DNA from: Candidatus Thorarchaeota archaeon
GTDB taxonomy: Archaea; Asgardarchaeota; Thorarchaeia; Thorarchaeales; Thorarchaeaceae
Reading direction: 5' to 3'
DNA length: 32,000 bases
NCBI GenBank assembly: GCA_008080745.1
Contig: SHMX01000003.1
Location: 60,001-92,000 of the forward strand
A model generated the notes under the pieces. That model was not told the DNA's origin. It did not search any database and worked only from the letters and a program-made list of their open reading frames with translations. Positions 24,955 through 32,000 of this stretch are shown here, in pieces (the stretch's first letter is position 1; each line of letters starts with the position of its first letter). The translations under genes and the position numbers were made by a program.

Positions 24955-26213
24955 AGTTTAGCGAACCTATGTCCAGTTAGATAGTAACTATCGAAAACCG
25001 AATTATTCTCTAAAGGCACATATTTAATTCGAGTGCATAATTCAGATAGTTCTTTTTCCGAGTCATCCATGCAACTAAGGTTTATAGCTCCCTCCAAAGC
25101 GCCGTGTTTCGCTTGTTCATGATTTGCTTTATCCAGGCTTGGAAATAACCCAATAGTGGTAGCATCAGTGATATCAATATTACTCCCGAAAGACCCAGTT
25201 AAGAAGAGATATTCAATTTCCTCTTGAGGTACATTTGCAGCATCAAGGAGTGTCTTGATAGCCCCAAAGATAGCCGCTTTTGATTGCTGAACCATACGAA
25301 TATCAGGTTGAGATATGTATATTCTTGTACCAATTGATGCATCAGACGCACTAACAAGAGTGTAGCTAAGGATAGAATTTCTCTCTTCAATTTGTGGAAT
25401 TGCAAGTTCCCTACTGATCGAGCCATTTTCATTGATAATGCTGTGTTTCAATAGTTCGGCTATTGCAGAAACAACTCCTGTTCCGCATATACCCATAGGT
25501 TGACCACTACCAATCACAATAAGATGTGGATTGAATATCTCATCTAGCTCAATATTCGTAATAGCACCTTGCTCAGCCATCATGCCGCAGTCCAAACTCA
25601 TGCCTTCAAATGCGGGCCCAGATGGAGCTGAGGTCACAAAATAATCGTCATGTTTTTTGAGGATGATTTCTGTGTTTGTTCCAATATCCAGAAGGAGCTG
25701 GGTATCATAACCCAGCAGTTTTGCAAGATGAGACAAGCATAGAGCATCCGATCCTACAAAGGCATCAATTATTCGAGGTATGAAGATAGGCACATCCTGG
25801 ATGGCATAGAGTTGCACCTCATGACCCTTCACCCATAGCGAATCAAGAAATGAAGGCCGATATGGAGGATATTTGAAACCTGTTACATCATGAGATAAAA
25901 AAATATGATGAAGCACAGGATTACCAATTAGTATGGCTTGACTAATGTTATTTTCAGAGATTGTGTTTTTTATACAAAGCAGTTTAATCTGAGAATCTAT
26001 TTGCTTTCGGATAGTTGTTGTTAGAATCTGTAAGTTACTTGGAGATTTTTGAACGAAATCAACAAGGCTAACAAGCTCAATCCCATATTGAAGCAGGTAG
26101 TTGGGTTGAGTGATGGAAAGTTTTTCATTAGATTTACAGGAGAACAATCGAGTGGATATCTGAGAGGTACCCATATCGATTGCTAACCTGTACTTTCTCT
26201 CACTTCCCACCAA
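24951..26213 (-). CDS. ASKHA ATPase of the DUF4445 / RACo (corrinoid reductive activator) family, lacking an Fe-S domain
   Basis: Motifs AIDMGTS, FVGSDA, LLLDIGTNTEI, GPAFEG, GICGTG, ISQPDIRMVQQSKAAI and LTGSFGS. Confidence 0.85.
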   Translation of the reverse strand: MVGSERKYRLAIDMGTSQISTRLFSCKSNEKLSITQPNYLLQYGIELVSLVDFVQKSPSNLQILTTTIRKQIDSQIKLLCIKNTISENNISQAILIGNPVLHHIFLSHDVTGFKYPPYRPSFLDSLWVKGHEVQLYAIQDVPIFIPRIIDAFVGSDALCLSHLAKLLGYDTQLLLDIGTNTEIILKKHDDYFVTSAPSGPAFEGMSLDCGMMAEQGAITNIELDEIFNPHLIVIGSGQPMGICGTGVVSAIAELLKHSIINENGSISRELAIPQIEERNSILSYTLVSASDASIGTRIYISQPDIRMVQQSKAAIFGAIKTLLDAANVPQEEIEYLFLTGSFGSNIDITDATTIGLFPSLDKANHEQAKHGALEGAINLSCMDDSEKELSELCTRIKYVPLENNSVFDSYYLTGHRFAKL

Positions 26214-26247
26214 ATACCACCAGCAAATGGTATCGTAGCAATGACGA

Positions 26248-26697
26248 TTATCTTACCAACATCACTGGACAGGATGCATGATGGGCTACCTTGTCGCTGA
26301 TTGAACCAACGAATAGGCGTTTTATTCCACTTACACCTCTTGAACCCATGATGATGATATCAGCATCGCGTTCTTCAGCAATCTCAATAATCCGTGATGC
26401 CGGATCCCCGTGGGATATGAGGTCAGTCACAGGACAATTAAGTGAGTTTGCTATCTTCTTTGCGTTTTCCAATATATCCTCACCCAACTTCTGAAGCGCC
26501 AGAAAAGGCTGATCGGAAACCGTATCATGATAAGGAGTGGCAGAAACGAGCATTGGTACAACATTCAACAGAATGACCTCTGCTTCAAGCAATGGCCCCA
26601 TCGAACATGCATACCGAACAGCTTTGTCCGAGTGCTCGGATCCATCAATTGCTACTAAGATGGTTTTAACTTCAACTTTCTCAGATTCTGAACTCAT
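26248..26697 (-). CDS. Universal stress protein (UspA family)
   Basis: ILVAIDGS, GDPA..I, ADIIIMGSRG, GSISDKV and CPVMLVR. Confidence 0.95.
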   Translation of the reverse strand: MSSESEKVEVKTILVAIDGSEHSDKAVRYACSMGPLLEAEVILLNVVPMLVSATPYHDTVSDQPFLALQKLGEDILENAKKIANSLNCPVTDLISHGDPASRIIEIAEERDADIIIMGSRGVSGIKRLFVGSISDKVAHHASCPVMLVR

Positions 26698-26846
26698 ATC
26701 ACACCAACATATGATTCAGGGTAAGCGAGCCTTATCTCTCTTGCGCCAAACAAAGTTTGAATCGTAACAAAAGAATACAGAAACACACAATGAGGTTATA
26801 TTCCAGTTCGTCTCATTATTCACATAAATATTTGGAGCCATTTACA

Positions 26847-27080
26847 ATGCGAATTACAGGCACACGCTATACAATTGATAAGAAACCTAACGTATTAGAG
26901 ATGCGACATCAGGGTAGAGTTGTTGCCAAGTTTGAATATGTCGGCAAGACCCTGAATGACTTATCCGATGAAATTTGGGAGGATTTGAAACGTAAAGGAA
27001 CAACAGTTCTCAAGGGAGCACTAAAGGATGAGCTCGCAACATTGTTCCCCGGAATCCGAGTTACAGGCCCATTGAAATAG
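26847..27080 (+). CDS. Small hypothetical protein (77 aa)
   Basis: ATG 26847 (MRITGTRYTIDKKPNVLEMRHQG...) with an AT-rich TATA-like ATAAAT about 20 nt upstream. Protein-like beta-beta-beta-alpha-alpha composition. Confidence 0.7.
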   Translation: MRITGTRYTIDKKPNVLEMRHQGRVVAKFEYVGKTLNDLSDEIWEDLKRKGTTVLKGALKDELATLFPGIRVTGPLK

Positions 27081-27100
27081 ACAATAATATCTGTAAGAGG

Positions 27101-28606
27101 TCAGAGGTCCGAAAACCTCTTCTCACCTCTTACCAAATTACGTAGGACAACCACTAGATTCTCTCTTTTTACACGCACCTGATCCATACTATCACGGTCA
27201 CGAATGGTGACGGTTGTATCCTCAAGGGTATCATAATCGATTGTAACACAATATGGGGTCCCAACTTCGTCCTGCCTTCGATAACGCCTTCCTATAGAAC
27301 CACTACGGTCATAATAAATTATCAATCCACTTTCAAGAATATCATCGTAGATATCCTTTGCCACAGATTCAAGTTCATCTTTCCCCATAAGAGGGAATAC
27401 AGCAACCTGAATGGGGGCGACACGTGGAGGGAATCGTAGCCAACTTCGTTCCTCATCCTCTTCATAAGCATTATCTATCAGACAGTAGAGGGGGCGTTCA
27501 ACACCAAATGCAATCTCAAGGACATTTGGAACAACAGGTTTTTTGTCAACCTTCACATAGAGCTTTTCTTTGGAGAACTCTTTGTGTCGAGTCAAATCAT
27601 AGTTGCCTCGATCGTGAACGCCGCAGCATTCTACCCAACCAAAGCTCTCAGTGAAGATTTCTACGTCCCAAGCATCCTTTGCATAATGAGCCCGTTCGTT
27701 CATGAGATGTTGACGAAGTCGCATAACTTCATTTGTGAAGCCCATACTCCTGAAAATCTGATAGGCTAGATGCACACACCAAGCATAAGCTTGAGTTGCA
27801 AAATATCCCTTCTCCAGGGCTTCTTTTACAGTGATATTCGAAACCTCATCAGATTCTTCTTCTTGGATTTGATAGGGGAGTAAGGGTAGTTTATCATCTG
27901 CAATATCAGGGAAATATTCCCAGTCCACCTCATCTGCCTTGAGTATGAATATTTGACCTTCAACCTGAGTAAATTCTCTAAGTCTAAGCATACCCTGACG
28001 AGGGGAGATTTCATTACGATATGCCTTTCCAATCTGAAAAACTTGAGCAGGGAGTTTGTTTCTGAAAAACGTAAGGAATCTTTTGAAGAGGAGATAAGTA
28101 GTAGTAGCGGTTTCGGGACGCATATAGGCAACTTGGTCAAGACCTAACTGCGTACGTAGCATGAGATTGTATTGAGTGACAGGTCCGAGTTCACCTTTGC
28201 ATGAAGGACATACTATCCCTAATTCATTTATCTTTTCAGTCAGTTCATCTAAGGATAATCCTTTGATTTTAGCATCTGGAGCCAGTTCTTCAATGAGATC
28301 ATCTGCCCGATAATTCTGGCCACATTTGATACATTCGGTGATGGGATCGATAAATCCATCTAGATGACCAGAAGCTTTCCAAACTATTTCAGGGGAAACT
28401 GTTGGACATTCGACCTCCCAGAAATTGGCCTTGACAAAAGAACTACGTATCTGTCCCTCTAACCGATTCTTGAGTAATTTACCTAATGGGCCCAGATCAT
28501 AAAGACCAGCAGCACCCCCATAAATTTCAGGAGAGGGTCCCCAAAAGAAACCGCGTTTTTTGCAAAGCCCATAAATTATCTCTTGATGGTCTTTATCGTC
28601 ACTCAT
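27101..28606 (-). CDS. glyS: Glycine--tRNA ligase, homodimeric class IIa (archaeal/eukaryote type)
   Basis: EIYGG...YDLGPLG, MRPETA, QIGKAYRNEISPRQG.LRLREFTQ, ERAHYA, and the anticodon domain GSIGRRYRRQDEVGTPYCVTID. Confidence 0.97.
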   Translation of the reverse strand: MSDDKDHQEIIYGLCKKRGFFWGPSPEIYGGAAGLYDLGPLGKLLKNRLEGQIRSSFVKANFWEVECPTVSPEIVWKASGHLDGFIDPITECIKCGQNYRADDLIEELAPDAKIKGLSLDELTEKINELGIVCPSCKGELGPVTQYNLMLRTQLGLDQVAYMRPETATTTYLLFKRFLTFFRNKLPAQVFQIGKAYRNEISPRQGMLRLREFTQVEGQIFILKADEVDWEYFPDIADDKLPLLPYQIQEEESDEVSNITVKEALEKGYFATQAYAWCVHLAYQIFRSMGFTNEVMRLRQHLMNERAHYAKDAWDVEIFTESFGWVECCGVHDRGNYDLTRHKEFSKEKLYVKVDKKPVVPNVLEIAFGVERPLYCLIDNAYEEDEERSWLRFPPRVAPIQVAVFPLMGKDELESVAKDIYDDILESGLIIYYDRSGSIGRRYRRQDEVGTPYCVTIDYDTLEDTTVTIRDRDSMDQVRVKRENLVVVLRNLVRGEKRFSDL

Positions 28607-28744
28607 TGTTAAAACCAATCTTCGTGCTCGTTACCACTTTCTTAAACCTATGGTTGGATGATTTGAAAACAATTTTGTTTCGAGTAAAACATTGGTTCGT
28701 CATTCTTATTAGTAGAACAGAACTCAATTTGAGTGGGTGTGGAA

Positions 28745-30007
28745 ATGGTCGACGATTCACGAATATCAGGTTTTTACAAGTTATCGATAAAAGAGCGTCA
28801 GAAGAAACTGAAAGAACTTACTGGTTTGACTGACGAGGAACTTGCTTCGCTTTTTGACCCTGGAAAAGTAGACATGGAAGTACTAGACCACATGATTGAG
28901 AATGTTGTTGGGTCTATGACGCTTCCTCTTGGAATTGCCACTAACTTCCAAGTTAATGAACAAGACTATCTTGTTCCAATGGCCATTGAAGAGCCATCTG
29001 TAGTAGCTGCAGCGAGTAATGCTGCAAGAATGACTCGACCACATGGAGGATTCTTCGCAACAGACACAGGTCCAGTCATGATAGCTCAGATACAAACTAC
29101 CGAAGTACCAGCACCATTCTCAGCTAAAGTTGATATCCTCCTAAAAAAACAAGAATTGATAGAGTTTGCCAACGAGCAGGACCCTATCCTGGTTAAATTT
29201 GGCGGCGGAGCAAAGGATATTCGTGTAAGAGTGATCGATTCGAAAATTGGTCCCATGCTGATAACCGAGCTAATTGTTGATACACGAGATGCTATGGGTG
29301 CAAATGCAGTCAATACAATGGCCGAGGCATTGGCACCAAAAATCGAGAAAATCACTGGTGGAAAAGTTCTTCTTAGAATCCTTTCGAATCTGGCAGACCT
29401 GCGTCTTGTTCATGTTAGGGCTGTTTTTGATGCAAAGTTGTTAGGAGGAGAAGAAGTTGTGGATGGTATCATCGCTGCATGGGCCTTTGCTGAAGCTGAT
29501 CCATATCGCTGTGCAACACATAACAAGGGAATCATGAATGGTATTGATGCAGTGGTTGTCGCAACTGGTAATGACTTCCGTGCCATTGAGGCGGGCGCTC
29601 ATAGCTATGCTGCACAGAATGGATATAGCTCACTTACAAAATACGAGAAAGACCCAGACGGGAATCTTGTGGGTAGCATCGAGATACCCATGGCAGTAGG
29701 TCTTGTCGGCGGTGCTACAAAAGTTCACCCTGTTGCAAGAGCCAGTGTGAAAATATTGGAGGTTAATACTTCTGTAGAACTTGCCCACGTCATCGCTGCT
29801 GTAGGGCTTGCTCAAAATGCTGCTGCTCTCCGAGCACTTGCTGCTGAAGGAATTCAAAAGGGACACATGGCACTACACGCTCGTAATGTTGCTTCGACTG
29901 CTGGGGCACGTGGCGAAATGATTGAAATCATAGCAGAGAAAATGATCAAAGAGAAGATGATTAAAGTAGAACGAGCAAAGGAGTTGTTAGAGGAGCTTCA
30001 GAAGTAG
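28745..30007 (+). CDS. mvaA: Class II HMG-CoA reductase
   Basis: ENVVG, PMAIEEPSVVAA, DAMGAN, ATHNKGIMNG, GNDFRAIEA and EGIQKGHM.LH. Start at ATG 28745. Confidence 0.95.
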   Translation: MVDDSRISGFYKLSIKERQKKLKELTGLTDEELASLFDPGKVDMEVLDHMIENVVGSMTLPLGIATNFQVNEQDYLVPMAIEEPSVVAAASNAARMTRPHGGFFATDTGPVMIAQIQTTEVPAPFSAKVDILLKKQELIEFANEQDPILVKFGGGAKDIRVRVIDSKIGPMLITELIVDTRDAMGANAVNTMAEALAPKIEKITGGKVLLRILSNLADLRLVHVRAVFDAKLLGGEEVVDGIIAAWAFAEADPYRCATHNKGIMNGIDAVVVATGNDFRAIEAGAHSYAAQNGYSSLTKYEKDPDGNLVGSIEIPMAVGLVGGATKVHPVARASVKILEVNTSVELAHVIAAVGLAQNAAALRALAAEGIQKGHMALHARNVASTAGARGEMIEIIAEKMIKEKMIKVERAKELLEELQK

Positions 30008-30008
30008 A

Positions 30009-32000
30009 TTACTTAACAACATCTCGCTTTGGAATATGAATCAAAAAACTAATCGTCCGAGACTGGTCTAAGTTTATTTTCCATCCATGCGCCTCAATAA
30101 TACGTTTAACGATTCGCAAACCAAGTCCCCCATGTTCCTTAGTACTTACTTGGGAATAGAACAATTTCTCTCGGATACCCTTTGGAATTTCCTCACCATC
30201 ATTTGAGATAATTATTACAACCCTATCTTCACGTTGTTCCGTTCTTATTCTGATTTCCTTTGGTTGACCATGCTCCACTGCATTACTGATAATATTTTGG
30301 AAGACTTGGACAATCTTTGCCGAGTCACATTCCACTAGTGGAAGTTCAGACATTTTTATTTCAATTGATGAGGGAATAGTTGTGTCTATTATGGACTGAA
30401 GAACATCTTGAAGATTACAATGCTCACGTTCACCTATTATTAGACCAGCATCGGCCAGCTGGATAGATTGTTTCAATAAAATCTCCATCTGTTCAACCAT
30501 CATTTTCATTCTTGATAGATGTTCTTGGTTATAGTCATCTTCCAGCAGAGAAATCAGACCCATCATGTTATGCAAAATATTAGTCACATCATGTTTCATT
30601 TGATGCGTAAACTTAGATAGTTCATCTCGTTGTGCTTCTAGAGCAATTTTAGCCTCCATTTCTGCAGTTACATCTCGTGCTGACCCAATTATTCGAATCT
30701 TCTCAGAGTCGGTGTCCACTTCCTGTACTGATCCAAAACCATGAATCCACCGCCAATTTCCATCAGGCATGTGAATTCGATAAATCAAATTCACCACATC
30801 TATGGGGTATTGCAGTTGAAGAAGCTGTATGAAACGCTCTTGATCATCTGGATGTACCACTGATAAAAACCACTCCCATAGTTTTCTTGGGTTCTTGGAA
30901 ATCGTTTCTCTAGTTAGTCCATGAAGTTCACGCCACTGTTTGCTGATATACGCATGACTCAGATCTGACCATAGTTCAAAATATCCGATTCCGGTTGCCT
31001 TCAGAGCGATACTCAATCGCTCCTGACTTTTGTTGAGAGCCTCTTCGGCCTTTACGTGGTCGGTTATATCTGTAGCAATCATTAATAGAATATCATCACT
31101 TACCTTTTTGAATTGCCAGATTAGGTGAAGACTATGGTCTTGTGTTATCATCTGATAGTGCGTATCAAAACGAATTGTATCATCGCTATGCATAGCTTCC
31201 CGTATTTTCTCTATGTATTGAGGACGCTCTTTGTACACCTCACCAAGACTCATTCCAATCAGATATTCCACTTTTCCATTTGACGCCTCGTATAGACTAG
31301 AATTGACTGCAATAAGCCTAATAGTTCCATCATCTTCTCTTTCCCAAACCTGAACATAGTCAGGAATTGAATTGAATAATGCTTTGAAAAATGCCTTTCG
31401 CTCAGATAATTCGGATGAAAGTTTCTCCCGCTCAGTAGTATCTCGAATACTGGTTCTGAATCCTAGCAGTTCACCAAATTCATTTCTCATCGGATTGAAT
31501 GACAGTGCCATCCATCGCTCTTCTCCGCTTTTATTGATGATTCGGAATGGAATGTCATTACCTTGAGAATCCCCTTTGGATGCCTCAGTAAGTATCTGAT
31601 GAATACGACTTCGGTCGTGCGGGTGGATAATAGGTAAGGGGTACTGTTCCATATCCATGCATTCATCTGTACTATAACCGGTGTGATTTTCAACCGCTTC
31701 ATTTACCCAAATCAGCTTGCCATCACAGCCTATCCAGCTTTCCCAATCATAGGTAGAATCTGCAATTATTCGGAAATATTGGTCCTGTATTTGTGTAGCC
31801 AATCCATCCAAATCACTGGTCACATCATGGATTATACAGTGACTCATTTCATAGGTACCATCTTTATTGTAAGATATTCGTCCATAAGCAGCTATATTTC
31901 TAATTTTACCATCCTTTCTAACCATTGAATATCGCACATCATCAGCTTTCCCAGTATCCTTGAAAAGATTGAAGTTTTCTTTGAAGAGTTCTCGATGGAT
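30009..32000 (-). CDS. Multi-PAS sensor histidine kinase (5' end outside window)
   Basis: The frame is open from 32000 (IHRELFKENF...). At least three full PAS/PAC units plus a partial one; H-box KHDVTN; N-box FQNIISNAVEH; SNDG and GGLGL G-boxes. Confidence 0.93.
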   Translation of the reverse strand: MHRELFKENFNLFKDTGKADDVRYSMVRKDGKIRNIAAYGRISYNKDGTYEMSHCIIHDVTSDLDGLATQIQDQYFRIIADSTYDWESWIGCDGKLIWVNEAVENHTGYSTDECMDMEQYPLPIIHPHDRSRIHQILTEASKGDSQGNDIPFRIINKSGEERWMALSFNPMRNEFGELLGFRTSIRDTTEREKLSSELSERKAFFKALFNSIPDYVQVWEREDDGTIRLIAVNSSLYEASNGKVEYLIGMSLGEVYKERPQYIEKIREAMHSDDTIRFDTHYQMITQDHSLHLIWQFKKVSDDILLMIATDITDHVKAEEALNKSQERLSIALKATGIGYFELWSDLSHAYISKQWRELHGLTRETISKNPRKLWEWFLSVVHPDDQERFIQLLQLQYPIDVVNLIYRIHMPDGNWRWIHGFGSVQEVDTDSEKIRIIGSARDVTAEMEAKIALEAQRDELSKFTHQMKHDVTNILHNMMGLISLLEDDYNQEHLSRMKMMVEQMEILLKQSIQLADAGLIIGEREHCNLQDVLQSIIDTTIPSSIEIKMSELPLVECDSAKIVQVFQNIISNAVEHGQPKEIRIRTEQREDRVVIIISNDGEEIPKGIREKLFYSQVSTKEHGGLGLRIVKRIIEAHGWKINLDQSRTISFLIHIPKRDVVK

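Noticed and set aside
1-32000. tRNA, rRNA, CRISPR arrays, IS elements
   Set aside because: Intergenic spacers were read by eye. No cloverleaf or T-loop motif, regularly spaced repeats, terminal inverted repeats or transposase motifs were found.

Overview
Archaeal chromosomal window. Evidence: homodimeric archaeal/eukaryote-type GlyRS, archaeal-type PPAT, GAGGTG/GGAG ribosome-binding sites and TATA-like promoters. The IDLxPL-type LRR protein and multi-PAS kinase suggest an Asgard, possibly Thorarchaeia-like, host (inference only). There are three zones. (1) 1-5.8 kb is an AT-rich accessory zone: a GT8-like fragment, a CxxC hypothetical, an LRR protein, two decayed genes missed by the ORF track (a reductive-dehalogenase/QueG-like 4Fe-4S fragment and a NUDIX hydrolase), a membrane-anchored amidohydrolase and a YbjN-like protein. 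(2) 5.9-21.7 kb is a co-oriented minus-strand trio: a roughly 20-TM membrane protein ending in a split SpoIIM-like domain, then two anciently duplicated giant (about 2260 and 1970 aa) secreted, C-terminally anchored, Trp/Tyr- and sequon-rich surface proteins. Each of the three genes ends in a hairpin plus pyrimidine tract, and each giant gene has its own putative promoter and structured leader. This trio is the best candidate for an undescribed cell-envelope system. (3) 21.8-32 kb is housekeeping: ferritin, M28/DUF4910 peptidase, coaD, an Fe-S-less RACo-like ASKHA protein, USP, a 77-aa hypothetical, glyS, class II HMG-CoA reductase and a 5'-truncated PAS histidine kinase. No tRNA, rRNA, CRISPR array or mobile element was seen. 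All assignments come from motif recognition and hand translation or folding; no searches were run.
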